NCBI GenBank assembly: GCA_019058275.1
Contig: JAHLVW010000066.1
Location: 1-64,000, forward strand
Length of the DNA stretch: 64,000 nt
Direction: 5' to 3'
From: Candidatus Heimdallarchaeota archaeon
Lineage (GTDB): Archaea > Asgardarchaeota > Heimdallarchaeia > JABLTI01
The translations under genes were made by a program, and so were the position numbers. The notes below the pieces were generated by a model. The model saw nothing but the letters and a program-made list of their open reading frames with translations, ran no database searches and was not told the DNA's origin. Positions 1 to 10,468 of the stretch are shown in pieces; the stretch's first letter is position 1, and each line of letters opens with the position of its first letter.

Positions 1-501
1 GTCATAATGGTTACTGGTGATAATAAAAGAACAGCTGAAGCGATTGCTAAGCAAGCTGGTATAGACAGAGTCTTTGCAGAGGTTTTACCAGAAGAGAAAG
101 CTAATATTGTTAAAGAAATTCAAAAAGAAAATCGAAAAGTTGGTATGGTTGGAGATGGAATAAATGATGCTCCTGCTTTAGCACAAGCAGAAATTGGTTT
201 TGCTGTTGCATCTGGAACAGATGTTTCCATAGAAACTTCTTCTGTAACTTTAATGAGAAGCGATTTAACTCAAGTAGTAGATGCAATTGAATTAAGCGAC
301 GAAACACTGAAAATTATAAAACAGAATCTTTTATGGGCATTTCTCTTTAATACTATAGCAATTCCAGTGGCAGCAATTGGTTTACTTAACCCAATGATTG
401 CTGCAGCAGCTATGGCTTTTAGTTCTGTTTTTGTAGTAACAAATTCATTACGATTAAAATGGTTCAAACCAAAAATAAATCCAAATAGTACTTCCAAATG
501 A
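1..501 (+). CDS. copA: Heavy-metal P1B-type ATPase (CopA-like), C-terminal part; truncated by window edge
   Basis: [17 protein letters not shown] hinge motif, C-terminal TM helices with [16 protein letters not shown]. Confidence 0.88.
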   Translation, partial: VIMVTGDNKRTAEAIAKQAGIDRVFAEVLPEEKANIVKEIQKENRKVGMVGDGINDAPALAQAEIGFAVASGTDVSIETSSVTLMRSDLTQVVDAIELSDETLKIIKQNLLWAFLFNTIAIPVAAIGLLNPMIAAAAMAFSSVFVVTNSLRLKWFKPKINPNSTSK

Positions 502-638
502 TTATTTCTCATAAATTATCCATAACAGCAAGCTTAATTTATCTAAAGCAATTAGAATCTGTTATTGAATGGGTTGTATAACCTTTTCAGAGATACAAAA
601 CATTTGGCGTGAAGGTATTGAGTGATCAAGGATCAATA

Positions 639-1790
639 ATGGTAAAAACATTAAGGTGTCCATCATGTGGTGCACCGATGAGACCTTCGGCGGAATCTCT
701 TCTAACAATCTGCAATTTTTGTGGAGATATTGTTGCTGAAAGTCATATCACTCCTCACGTAATAATAAAACCATTACCTTTAACACCTCCAGAAGGAGCT
801 GGTCATGTTAAGAAGATGGAATTAATTCTAGTACCATTCTTTGAAGTAAAAGCTGAAGTCGATGTAGACGCTCGTGGGTATCAACGAAGAGAACGTACTG
901 AAACCAAAACTGTACGACGTGGTGGGAAAACCTACACAGAATCTAAAACTATCGTTGAATATCGACCTTGGAGAATTCAACATCATGGTAACCATTCCGT
1001 AAGATTTCTTGCCAGACAAGAAGTTACAATGTTTGGTGCTAATGAATTAATATCTTCTGTTACAAGAAACAGAGGTGGAGAATCTGTTCCATTTAGTCCT
1101 GATTTTGTTAAGAATCTAGTTAACAGAGATGTAGGACAAGACATGGTCGCTTTAAGCCCAGAATGGGACCAAAGTGAAGCTTCTAAGAAAGCCGGTGAAG
1201 TAGTCTACGAAGCAGCTTATCAGAAAGCCAAATCTGAAATGCATGAAGTTTTTGATACAAAAGTCAATTTCAAACCCCTTTCAAAACCAACTTTATTGCA
1301 TGAACCACTTCTGCTAATTAGACGAAAAATTCAAGGACGCTCTTATAGAGCAGCCTATCAATGGGGTAGTGGTCAATTATTACGAGAGGAACAGCCAATT
1401 AAGAATAGAGGATTAATGATGTTCATTGCACTTCTAGGATTTGTAGCAGCTCCAATATTAACACAATTGGGTTTTAATTTCTATAACCAAAGTGCAGACG
1501 AACAGACATGGTTGCTTATAGTTTTCATAGTACTTGCTCTTGCAGGTGTAATTGTAGGAATTGTCCTGATGGTAAGAGTGTACAAACCGCATAAAATAAA
1601 ATCGAGTGGTGCAGGTGTAAGTCTATTTGACTTCCAAATGCTTCCAGCACAAGAAGTTGAGAGTTTGCAAACACAACAACAATCAACAGGTCAAGCGCCT
1701 GTTGCGAGATTTTGTCCAAAATGTGGTGATCCACTTGAACAGAACCAACAATTCTGTGAGAAATGTGGATTCCGAATGGATGGGAGATGA
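639..1790 (+). CDS. Zinc-ribbon membrane protein (N-terminal CxxC pairs, two TM helices, C-terminal zinc ribbon)
   Basis: CPSCG...CNFCG at N-terminus, two hydrophobic segments, FCPKCG...FCEKCG at C-terminus; ATG at 639 preferred over GTG 609. Confidence 0.7.
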   Translation: MVKTLRCPSCGAPMRPSAESLLTICNFCGDIVAESHITPHVIIKPLPLTPPEGAGHVKKMELILVPFFEVKAEVDVDARGYQRRERTETKTVRRGGKTYTESKTIVEYRPWRIQHHGNHSVRFLARQEVTMFGANELISSVTRNRGGESVPFSPDFVKNLVNRDVGQDMVALSPEWDQSEASKKAGEVVYEAAYQKAKSEMHEVFDTKVNFKPLSKPTLLHEPLLLIRRKIQGRSYRAAYQWGSGQLLREEQPIKNRGLMMFIALLGFVAAPILTQLGFNFYNQSADEQTWLLIVFIVLALAGVIVGIVLMVRVYKPHKIKSSGAGVSLFDFQMLPAQEVESLQTQQQSTGQAPVARFCPKCGDPLEQNQQFCEKCGFRMDGR

Positions 1791-1796
1791 TAAGAA

Positions 1797-2768
1797 ATGG
1801 TCATAGATCAACAATCAAAGAAAATTCAATGTGGATATTGTCAAGCAGAAAATAACATTTCACCCTTTGCTTCTGTAGTAACTTGTGAGTTTTGTGGTAC
1901 TCCAAATGAATTACTAACTGGTAAAACATTTCAAAATCATCATATGCTCTCAGTTTATTTCAGCGGTTCTGAGTTAACCGAATTAATACCTCAATATTTA
2001 TCGAAATTTGTTGGAGTTCCAAGCGATTTCGCTGATAAAGCGATTTTTAAAGAATTTGAACTTCGTATGATGCCTTTCTGGGTTTTCAACTTTCATGGAT
2101 ATACTGAGTATCATGGTATAGGTAAATTCTGTACACCAGTTCATAGTGGACATTGGAATCGAACAATAAATACTGGAAATCGTCCTGAACGAGGTTCGAT
2201 AGACCTGGATCAAACATGTCTTATTTTTGGATATAAAGAACAATACAAAGAAATCAGGGATGAGAAAATACCTGTAGGTTCAAAGGACGCATTTGATATC
2301 AATGCTGTTAATAGAGAAGGTGGAAGAATATACGATACAGAAATTGGTTATGAAGAAGCTTATAGTTTTGCTGAAGCTCAAGTGAAAAATCGTCATAATC
2401 AATTGATTTACAGAGAAATACACAAAGTCGATGGCATAAGACAAGATATACAAATGAAAGAAGTTTCTTATCTTCATGTTCCGTTCTATAGAGTAGGATA
2501 TTCCTATGGTAATTGGGATGGTGAAGCATTGGTTGACGCTGCGAGAGGTAAAGTGTTAAGAGCTGAATATCCAGTTTCCAGAGCTCATAGATTCTGGGGA
2601 TTATTTGCAGTTCTTTTTGCTGCTGCCATTATTGTTGGAGCAATTATTCTTATCATCAGTTTGCCTACTTGGCAAATTGCTGGATACGTAGCAGCTGCAA
2701 TATTTGGTGGTCTCTTGATTTTCGGTCTTAAAGAAACATTCACGAAGAAAAAAGTCGCTGCGGAATAA
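1797..2768 (+). CDS. Zinc-ribbon membrane protein, distant paralog of upstream gene
   Basis: CGYC...CEFCG, MPFWVF and LHVPFY motifs, two C-terminal TM helices. Confidence 0.7.
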   Translation: MVIDQQSKKIQCGYCQAENNISPFASVVTCEFCGTPNELLTGKTFQNHHMLSVYFSGSELTELIPQYLSKFVGVPSDFADKAIFKEFELRMMPFWVFNFHGYTEYHGIGKFCTPVHSGHWNRTINTGNRPERGSIDLDQTCLIFGYKEQYKEIRDEKIPVGSKDAFDINAVNREGGRIYDTEIGYEEAYSFAEAQVKNRHNQLIYREIHKVDGIRQDIQMKEVSYLHVPFYRVGYSYGNWDGEALVDAARGKVLRAEYPVSRAHRFWGLFAVLFAAAIIVGAIILIISLPTWQIAGYVAAAIFGGLLIFGLKETFTKKKVAAE

Positions 2769-2778
2769 TACAAAATAA

Positions 2779-2810
2779 GGGGGTTATCCCCCCAAACTCT
2801 TTCTTTTTTT
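2779..2810 (+). terminator. Hairpin plus T-tract terminator
   Basis: GGGGG-TTAT-CCCCC followed by CTCTTTCTTTTTTT just after stop of 1797..2768. Confidence 0.6.
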
Positions 2811-2898
2811 ACAAATTATTATTTGAAAAGGTTCGTTTATCTCTTAAACAACTTTATTTAGATTGTACTTCTGTATAGTTATTATTGAGGAAACAATT

Positions 2899-3717
2899 AT
2901 GAAAATCGGTTACATTCAATTCAGTCCGATTTTTGGCGAAGTACAAAAGAATCTAAATCGCACTATTGAGTTAATCACTAAAGGTAAGGAAGCAGATTTG
3001 CTTGTGCTTCCTGAGTTTTGTACAACAGGTTATCTTTTCATTGACAAATCCGAGCTACAAAGGTTTGGAGAAAATGTCCCTAATGGACCTTCAACAAAAG
3101 CTTGGAGTAAAATCGCTAAAGAAACAAATACTTTTATTGTTGCTGGAATTTGTGAAAAAGTCTCTGATTCCGAGTTTTATAATTCAGCAGTTCTTGTTGG
3201 TCCTGAAGGTTTTATAGATGTCTATCGTAAGATCCATCTATTTAATAATGAAAAAGATTTTTTCAAAGCAGGTAATGGTCCTTTTTAAATCTATGATTTA
3301 GGAGATGCTAAAATAGGTATTATGGTTTGTTTTGACTGGGCTTTTCCTGAAACTGCTAGGATTCTAGCTTTACATGGAGCAGATATCATTTGTCATCCAG
3401 CAAACCTAGTTTTACAATTCTCACAGAAAACAATGCTAGCTCGTTCAATTGAAAATCGTATATTTACAATTACAGCAAATAGGACAGGTAAAGACATTAG
3501 ACCAAACACTCAATTATCCTTTACTGGTTTAAGTCAAATAACTAGCCCCAAAATGGAACTTCTTGCACAATCAAATGAACATGATGAAGATTTAAAAATC
3601 GTCGAAATTGACCCTACGCAAGCAAGAAATAAAATGATTACTGCAAATAATCATCTCTTCTTAGATAGACGTGTTGAATTGTACAATCCCTTATTGAAAA
3701 AAGAAGTTAAAAAGTAG
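2899..3717 (+). pseudogene. Carbon-nitrogen hydrolase (nitrilase family) interrupted by an in-frame TAA at 3286-3288
   Basis: LVLPE, YRKIHL and VCFDW catalytic triad motifs lie in one frame: GNGPF*IYDLGDAKIGIMVCFDW. Confidence 0.85.
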
Positions 3718-3802
3718 TTAATACACATTTTTTGTAGCTAGTTTTAAAAGCGAATGCATGAAGAATTATCATAATTAATGAGTAATATTAGAAGGAATAA
3801 AC

Positions 3803-4726
3803 ATGGCAATCCTCATAACCGGTGGTGCAGGTTTTATTGGTTTTCATCTTGCAGAAAGACTACTCGAAGCTGAAAAGAAAATTGTTATCTTTGATCTCAA
3901 TATAGATAAAATCAAAGAAGAAGCAGAGGGATTAATTCTTGAGCAAGGTGATGTTTCAAACATTAAAAGTCTGGAAGAGGTTTTTGAGAAGTATGACTTC
4001 ACTGATGTTTTTCATCTGGCTGCTATTTTACCACCATTAACAGAAGAGGATCCTTACAAAGCTTTCAAGATTAATGTTGAAGGAACAATGAACGTCCTTA
4101 AAACTGCTTGTAAATTTGGTATCAAAACTATGATATATCCAAGTTCAGCAACTGTTTTTGGACCAGATAGAAAGCCACCTTTCACAGAAGCAGATTTGCA
4201 TGATCCATGGACTGTCTATAGTTCTTTTAAAATTTGTACGGAAATTATAGGTTCAATTTATGCGAAAAATTTTGACATTAATTTTAGAGCTGTTCGTTTT
4301 CCTATTGTTATAGGCCCAGGAAGAAAATCATTCTTAGGTATTACACCATATCCAACTCAAATGGTAGAGGAATCTGTTAAAGGAAAGCCTTATACTGCTG
4401 AGATTCCACCTGATACAAAACTACCTATTATTTATGTAGATGATGCTGTACAAATCCTGATTAATCTTTGGCGTAGCAAAGACATTAATTTTGAAATAAT
4501 CAATGTTGATGGATTGTGGGTTACTGCAAAGGAAATTGCTGATGGTATTAAGAAAATCATACCTTCTGCTGAGATCACTTTCAAACCAGTAAAGAATGTA
4601 TACGTACAACAAATTCTTTCTGGTGTAAAAAAACAGAAAGAAGAAGCAAAATATGGTCTTAAGGGTAAAAGATTGTTAGATGAGATACTACAAGAGTATA
4701 TCTCAAGAAGTTCAGATGAAAAATAA
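3803..4726 (+). CDS. NAD-dependent epimerase/dehydratase (extended SDR)
   Basis: TGGAGFIG, FHLAA, YxxxK (YSSFK). Confidence 0.85.
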   Translation: MAILITGGAGFIGFHLAERLLEAEKKIVIFDLNIDKIKEEAEGLILEQGDVSNIKSLEEVFEKYDFTDVFHLAAILPPLTEEDPYKAFKINVEGTMNVLKTACKFGIKTMIYPSSATVFGPDRKPPFTEADLHDPWTVYSSFKICTEIIGSIYAKNFDINFRAVRFPIVIGPGRKSFLGITPYPTQMVEESVKGKPYTAEIPPDTKLPIIYVDDAVQILINLWRSKDINFEIINVDGLWVTAKEIADGIKKIIPSAEITFKPVKNVYVQQILSGVKKQKEEAKYGLKGKRLLDEILQEYISRSSDEK

Positions 4727-4789
4727 TGTTAACATTTCAATATGTTTTTTTATCCAACTTATTGAAGTACACTAGAAGGTGTTATAGCT

Positions 4790-5908
4790 TTGAGTCAATT
4801 TAGAAAAATCCCATACATTCCAACAGCAGATAAATTAGCAGATATGGTATTTTCTAAATTAAAAAAGATTCGAGTTGATGCTCCAAGGAAAATCAAAATG
4901 AAGCGATCTGAAATATCTTTCTATAAAACCCTTTACTTTAGACAATTCAGATTTATTTTTCCAGAATTTGATACAAAATTAACAGATATAGCTAACAGTT
5001 TTCCATTTATTGAGGAATTACATCCCTTTCATAAAGAACTGATCGAAGTATTGTTTGGCATAGAGAAAATACGTACTTCTCTTTCAAGGATAAAGAATAC
5101 TCGAAAATCTCTTAGGAGTATTGAAAGAGACGTTTCGAAAAAATTAGGTATTTGTGAATTTACTGAAGAAGCCAAAAAAATTAGAAGAGAAGCTATTGGT
5201 CGTATTGGTTCAACTATAAAGAAGCTAGAACAACCATTGAATGATTTGATTGAAGCAAAAATACAATTATCTAAAGTACCCGATTTTAATTTATTTGAAA
5301 AAACTATTGCATTCGCTGGTGCTCCTAATGCAGGAAAATCCAGTTATGTTAAAATCGTTTCAACTGGAAAACCAGAAATTGCTGCTTATCCATTTACAAC
5401 AAAAGAACTAAATTGTGGCCATAGGAAACATGGTTTTGAAGCTATACAACTTGTTGATACACCTGGTCTTTTAGACAGACCATTACATGAGAGAAATGAA
5501 ATTGAAATGAGAAGTATCTTAGCACTAAAACATTTTGCTGATTACATAATTTTCTTGTATGATCCTACAGAAGGTGCTCCTTTGACATTACAGCAGCAAC
5601 TAAATCTTTGTAATGAAATTAAAGAAATATTTCCCAACATACCAATCTTGACGTTAATCAATAAGAAAGACATTCTAACCAAAAACCAATTAGCAAATGC
5701 AGAAGCATTGTTGGGGAAACTTGAAACAATTTCTACACTTGAAAACAACAAGAAACAATTAGAAGACATAGTCTTAATGGTAACAGAAAAAATATCTGAA
5801 AAGAAGTTATATGTAAGACCAGAAGAAATTGAAAAAATAGAAGAAGCTCCTCCAAAATCCAAAAAAGAGGGAGAAATTGAGTGGATATTCTTTGACGAAG
5901 ATGATTAG
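4790..5908 (+). CDS. NOG1-family GTPase
   Basis: LHPFHKEL N-domain, GAPNAGKS, YPFTTK, DTPGLLDRP, NKKD; TTG start. Confidence 0.9.
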   Translation: MSQFRKIPYIPTADKLADMVFSKLKKIRVDAPRKIKMKRSEISFYKTLYFRQFRFIFPEFDTKLTDIANSFPFIEELHPFHKELIEVLFGIEKIRTSLSRIKNTRKSLRSIERDVSKKLGICEFTEEAKKIRREAIGRIGSTIKKLEQPLNDLIEAKIQLSKVPDFNLFEKTIAFAGAPNAGKSSYVKIVSTGKPEIAAYPFTTKELNCGHRKHGFEAIQLVDTPGLLDRPLHERNEIEMRSILALKHFADYIIFLYDPTEGAPLTLQQQLNLCNEIKEIFPNIPILTLINKKDILTKNQLANAEALLGKLETISTLENNKKQLEDIVLMVTEKISEKKLYVRPEEIEKIEEAPPKSKKEGEIEWIFFDEDD

Positions 5909-6974
5909 AATTGATGGAAGTATGCTAGAAGGTGGTGGCTCCATTGTCAGGAATTCCATCGCTCTATCTGCTTTATTTAACACTCCAATTGAACTCTACA
6001 ATATACGAGCAAAGCGGTCAAAACCTGGTTTGAGAAATCAACATACCTACGCAATAAAAGCAATCAGCGAAATTTGTAATGCCAAAGTTGAAGGATTAAG
6101 AGTAGGTTCAGAGCAAGTTAAATTCTATCCGGGTAAAATTCAAAGTGGAGAATTTAAAATAGACGTAAAAACTGCTGGAAGTTTAACATTATTACTACAA
6201 GCCATTATTCCAGTAGCAGCTCATGCACCTGATCCTGTTAAATTGCTGATGAAAGGTGGTACAGATGTTCCCATGGCACCTCCTTACGATTACATGCATC
6301 ATGTATATGTTCCAATAATGAAGCAAATTGGTGTTGAGATTACTTTATGTTTTGGTCGAAGAGGTCACTATCCCAAAGGTGGAGGAACCCTTTCTTGTGA
6401 TATTGAGCCTGTTTTACGAATGAAACCCATTGAATATAAATTCGATAAACCTCAAAAAATAAAGTGCATCTGTGGGAAAGCACATGTAGTCCAATTACCT
6501 AAACATATAGCTGATAGAATGATCTCAGCAGCAATTAAAAAGTTGAAAGAACATAATCTCGAAGTTGATGTTATTGAGAGAGATTGCCCCGAACCAAAAT
6601 ATGATACACATGTTGGTCCTGGTACTGGGATAACTTTATGGGCATGTACAAATCATGGAACAATACTCGCAGGAGATGGATTAGGTAAAAGGGGCTTGCT
6701 AGCAGAAAAAGTAGGTGAAACTGCTGCGACAAATCTTATCTCACAAATTAAATCAGAACGACCAATCGATTATCACCTGGCAGATCAACTTATTATTTGG
6801 ATGGCTATCTCCGACTTTCCATCTGTGGTTGACACATGCAAGATTACTCTTCATACATTAACAAATATAGAAATCATAAAGCAAATTTCTAATGCTGAAT
6901 TTACTATTGAAGGTTCAGAGGGTAATCCTGGTATAATATATTGTGAACCTAATTATATACGAAAATCAAACTAA
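5901..6974 (+). CDS. rtcA: RNA 3'-terminal phosphate cyclase
   Basis: IDGSMLEGGG, RSKPGLRNQH, GGTDV, RGHYPKGGG, HLADQL, TLHTLTN. Confidence 0.93.
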   Translation: MIRIDGSMLEGGGSIVRNSIALSALFNTPIELYNIRAKRSKPGLRNQHTYAIKAISEICNAKVEGLRVGSEQVKFYPGKIQSGEFKIDVKTAGSLTLLLQAIIPVAAHAPDPVKLLMKGGTDVPMAPPYDYMHHVYVPIMKQIGVEITLCFGRRGHYPKGGGTLSCDIEPVLRMKPIEYKFDKPQKIKCICGKAHVVQLPKHIADRMISAAIKKLKEHNLEVDVIERDCPEPKYDTHVGPGTGITLWACTNHGTILAGDGLGKRGLLAEKVGETAATNLISQIKSERPIDYHLADQLIIWMAISDFPSVVDTCKITLHTLTNIEIIKQISNAEFTIEGSEGNPGIIYCEPNYIRKSN

Positions 6975-7031
6975 ATCATATTTAGAGTAAGATTATTTAC
7001 TAAAAACATCTCAAATAATAATTGTAATTTA

Positions 7032-7415
7032 ATGGTGTCTAAAATGTATGAAATTACTCCTGAAGATGAAAAGAAACTAGCAAAATTAAGTCCATATCAA
7101 CAAGCTATTTTACGTATTCTTGCTGAAGTTCCCAAAGGAAAAGTAGTTACTTATGGTGATTTAGCCAATGAATTGGCTAGAAGAGACCCCCACTGGAAAG
7201 CTACTGCTAGAGCTGTTGGTACAACTATGAGGAGAAATCCTTGCGGACCATATATTCCATGTCATAGGGTATTAAAATCAGATGGTAATATAGGCAACTT
7301 CCGGGGTGGGGCTGAAGGAGCAGTAAAGGAAAAAGCTCGAATGCTTAGAGAAGAAGGTGTTGAAGTAGTAAAAGGAAAAATTAATCTGAAAGTATATAGA
7401 CACAAATTTGTTTAA
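7032..7415 (+). CDS. Methylated-DNA-protein-cysteine methyltransferase (MGMT C-terminal domain only)
   Basis: VPKGKVVTYG, ARAVG, active-site PCHRV. Confidence 0.85.
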   Translation: MVSKMYEITPEDEKKLAKLSPYQQAILRILAEVPKGKVVTYGDLANELARRDPHWKATARAVGTTMRRNPCGPYIPCHRVLKSDGNIGNFRGGAEGAVKEKARMLREEGVEVVKGKINLKVYRHKFV

Positions 7416-7948
7416 CTTTTATCACTAGAAGAAACTGTTTGAATACGAGTTACTCCATCAATCTCATCAATGATTTTTGCTACAGCTTTTGGAATTAATT
7501 GTCTCCAATTTTTTTTTCCACTTATCATTAGTTCTCGAATATGATTTGCACTATATTCTTTTCTTTCATAAAATGGAGTATTTATTACTTCTTTCCCTGC
7601 TTGCTTAAACAGATATTCTGTTAATGGATTGTTTGTATAAACAACATCGAACTTTGGAACTAATCTTGTAATATGTGCAACCCATAATCCATTATCCTTA
7701 ACATCATTTGCTGGAACAATAATTACTCGAGTAATGTCTTTCAATTCATCAACAAGTGAATGACGAATCATATCATACCTTTCTCCAGCAGTAAATGGAT
7801 TATCTTTTTGATGGCTTTGTTGGGATGCAGCAATAATAACTATTAGATCATCAACTTCAGAAAGCATGTATTTTACAGCACTCAAATGCCCCTTATGAAA
7901 TGGTTGAAATCTCCCAACAATCATTCCTCGCATAGTGTTCACGTTCAC
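7412..7948 (-). CDS. nadM: Nicotinamide-nucleotide adenylyltransferase
   Basis: GRFQPFHKGH, NPFTAGER. Confidence 0.92.
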   Translation of the reverse strand: MNVNTMRGMIVGRFQPFHKGHLSAVKYMLSEVDDLIVIIAASQQSHQKDNPFTAGERYDMIRHSLVDELKDITRVIIVPANDVKDNGLWVAHITRLVPKFDVVYTNNPLTEYLFKQAGKEVINTPFYERKEYSANHIRELMISGKKNWRQLIPKAVAKIIDEIDGVTRIQTVSSSDKS

Positions 7949-8141
7949 ATTACTATTGATGATGTGTATAATTTACCTATTACATTAATTTATCTTTAGG
8001 GGTAAATAATTTGATAGCAAAGTTCATTATATTAAAAAACTTTATAAGTCAAATTCAAATTTCGAGAATTGATACTTATCAAGAATATTTCGTCCTTTTC
8101 TTATCAATGAATTTGGACAGAAGATAATGCTGTGATAAACT

Positions 8142-8975
8142 ATGGATATAGAGGTAATTGAAAATAAGGATAACAAACTTCGTTTCATTATACGTGGAAG
8201 TAATTACACCTTCGTAAATGGTTTAAGAAGAACCATTATATCTGAAGTACCTACCTTGGCTATTGAAGATATCATTTTAGTTGAGAATACTTCCCCAGTT
8301 TTAGATGAAATGGTTGCCCATACATTAGGGCTTATACCTCTAACTACTCCAATTGACGAATTCACTGTTGCTAGCGAATGCAAAAATTGTGATGGTGAAG
8401 GGTGTCAATTTTGCTCTATTGCCTTAACTCTCGAAGTTGAAGCTGCAGGTAATGAGACCAAAATGGTCTACTCTAAAGATCTTATTTCAAATGATGATAA
8501 GATAAAGCCAATCTCAGAGAAAATCCCCATTGCTAAACTTGGTGCTGGACAAAAAATCACTTTAGAAGCTATAGCAATGATGGGAAGAGGTAAAGAGCAT
8601 GCAAAGTGGTCACCAGTAGTAACCTGTAGTTATAGATATTATCCTCAAGTTAACCAAGATGTCTCAAAATGTACTGGGTGCATGGAATGTGTAGATGCTT
8701 GCCCTAAAAATATTCTTGAAGTAAAGAAAAAAGTTGTAAAACTTACTAACCCTCTTGAATGTCTTTTATGCGATCTCTGTACAAATGCTTGCAGTTATGA
8801 TTCCTTAAAAATGGGAAATGTAGAAGGAGATTTCATCTTTTTACTAGAAACAACTGGTGTAGTTTCGCCAATTGAAGCATTTAAGAAAGCAACCGAAATC
8901 CTCAAAAGTAAAGCTAAAGACTTCGAGAACGAATACAAAGTTGCTTTAGATAAGTACTCGAAAAAGAAGAAATAA
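8142..8975 (+). CDS. rpoD: DNA-directed RNA polymerase subunit D (Rpo3) with ferredoxin-like domain
   Basis: NGLRRTIISEVPTLAIE, GKEHAKWSP, two CxxCxxCxxxC motifs; context with rpl18e. Confidence 0.95.
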   Translation: MDIEVIENKDNKLRFIIRGSNYTFVNGLRRTIISEVPTLAIEDIILVENTSPVLDEMVAHTLGLIPLTTPIDEFTVASECKNCDGEGCQFCSIALTLEVEAAGNETKMVYSKDLISNDDKIKPISEKIPIAKLGAGQKITLEAIAMMGRGKEHAKWSPVVTCSYRYYPQVNQDVSKCTGCMECVDACPKNILEVKKKVVKLTNPLECLLCDLCTNACSYDSLKMGNVEGDFIFLLETTGVVSPIEAFKKATEILKSKAKDFENEYKVALDKYSKKKK

Positions 8976-9030
8976 TTAAGATAATCCTATAAATTGTTTT
9001 CATTAATTGAAGACGGAGGATTGTGAGAAA

Positions 9031-9402
9031 ATGCCAAAGCCAACAGGGCCATCAGATCCTAATACCGTTGCGTTAATACGCGATTTGAGAAAAAAAGGTG
9101 CTGCTGATAAGAAGCACAATTTTTGGAAGGTTCTCTCTAAAAGGCTTGCTAAACCTAGAAGGCAACGACCTGCAGTCAATCTTAGCAAAATAAGTCGATA
9201 TGCTAAGAAAACTGAGTTAGTTGTTGTTCCAGGTAAGGTTCTAGCTTCAGGAGAGATAAAGGGCAGCTATACGATTGCTGCTTTAAACTTCAGTGAAGTT
9301 GCTGAAGCAAAAATAACCAAAGCTGGTGGAAGAGCACTTACATTAAGAGACTTAATGGAGTTACCAGCAACAGAGCTCAAGAAAATTCGAATTCTTGCAT
9401 AA
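9031..9402 (+). CDS. rpl18e: 50S ribosomal protein L18e
   Basis: VNLSKI, VVPGKVL, KITKAGG; operon position. Confidence 0.95.
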   Translation: MPKPTGPSDPNTVALIRDLRKKGAADKKHNFWKVLSKRLAKPRRQRPAVNLSKISRYAKKTELVVVPGKVLASGEIKGSYTIAALNFSEVAEAKITKAGGRALTLRDLMELPATELKKIRILA

Positions 9403-9423
9403 TGAACTTGGAGATGAAAACTA

Positions 9424-9891
9424 ATGTCAAAAAATACTGTAATAGATGCAGAAGGTGCAATCCTTGGACGATTATCCACAAACATTGCTAAAAGACTACT
9501 CATGGGTGAAACCATTGATGTAGTGAATGTTGAAAAAATGGTCATTTCAGGCAAACCCGAGTCAATTATCTTGCAATACAAGGAACGATTGGATATTAGA
9601 AGCAAATACAATCCTCTCAGAGGACCTTTCCACTATAGACGTCCTGATAGATTTGTTAGGCGATCCATTAGAGGCATGCTTCCTTACAAGAAACCAAGAG
9701 GAAAAGCAGCTTTTCATAGGTTGAAATGCTTTATTTCTATTCCAAAAGAATTCGAGAAAGCCAAAATGATTAAGGTACCTGAAGCTGATTCTGCTAAACT
9801 AACTGTTAAAAGAATATCAATTGGCGAGCTTTGTAAACAACTTGGCTGGAATTATAATCCAGATTTAGATCCAAGGTTAAAAAATAAGTAA
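9424..9891 (+). CDS. rpl13: 50S ribosomal protein L13 (uL13)
   Basis: IDAEGAILGRL, GPFHYRRP, IRGMLP. Confidence 0.96.
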   Translation: MSKNTVIDAEGAILGRLSTNIAKRLLMGETIDVVNVEKMVISGKPESIILQYKERLDIRSKYNPLRGPFHYRRPDRFVRRSIRGMLPYKKPRGKAAFHRLKCFISIPKEFEKAKMIKVPEADSAKLTVKRISIGELCKQLGWNYNPDLDPRLKNK

Positions 9892-9906
9892 TAGGTGGTA
9901 ATGCTA

Positions 9907-10317
9907 ATGTCATCAAAAAGAATAGTTTTAACATCTGGTAAACGTAAAACAGCAATTGCTAGAGCTACAACAAAAGCTGGTAAAGGACGAATCCGAATTA
10001 ATTCCATACCACTAGAAATTTATCCTTCTGAATTAGCTCGAATGAAAATCCAAGAACCTCTCGTTCTGGCTGGTGAGGATGTTATCAAGGGTATTGATAT
10101 TATTGTAAATGTTAAAGGTGGAGGAATAATTGGACAAGCCGATGCTGCTAGAACAGCTATTGGTCGTGCTTTAGTAATATGGACTCAAGATCCAGAGTTA
10201 AGAAGCAAATACTTGCACTATGACAGATCTATTTTGGTCGCTGATTCTCGTCGTAAAGAAGAGAAGAAAACAGGTGGTCCTGGTGCAAGAGCTCGTTACC
10301 AAAAATCATATCGTTAA
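9907..10317 (+). CDS. rps9: 30S ribosomal protein S9 (uS9)
   Basis: [33 protein letters not shown]. Confidence 0.97.
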   Translation: MSSKRIVLTSGKRKTAIARATTKAGKGRIRINSIPLEIYPSELARMKIQEPLVLAGEDVIKGIDIIVNVKGGGIIGQADAARTAIGRALVIWTQDPELRSKYLHYDRSILVADSRRKEEKKTGGPGARARYQKSYR

Positions 10318-10324
10318 TGGTTAA

Positions 10325-10357
10325 AAGCAGTTAGTGGATTATTTCCACTAGTTGTTT
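10325..10357 (+). terminator. Hairpin after rpoD-rps9 operon
   Basis: AAGCAGTTAGTGGA-TTATT-TCCACTAGTTGTTT imperfect inverted repeat followed by T-rich sequence. Confidence 0.5.
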
Positions 10358-10468
10358 CTTATCCTTAACTTATTATTCCTAGGGAATTTTCCACATCTTA
10401 TCTTAAATTATTATTTTTTTAAACATTTGAAGTAGAAATCATAGAACAAAGAAAAAGATGATGAATAA

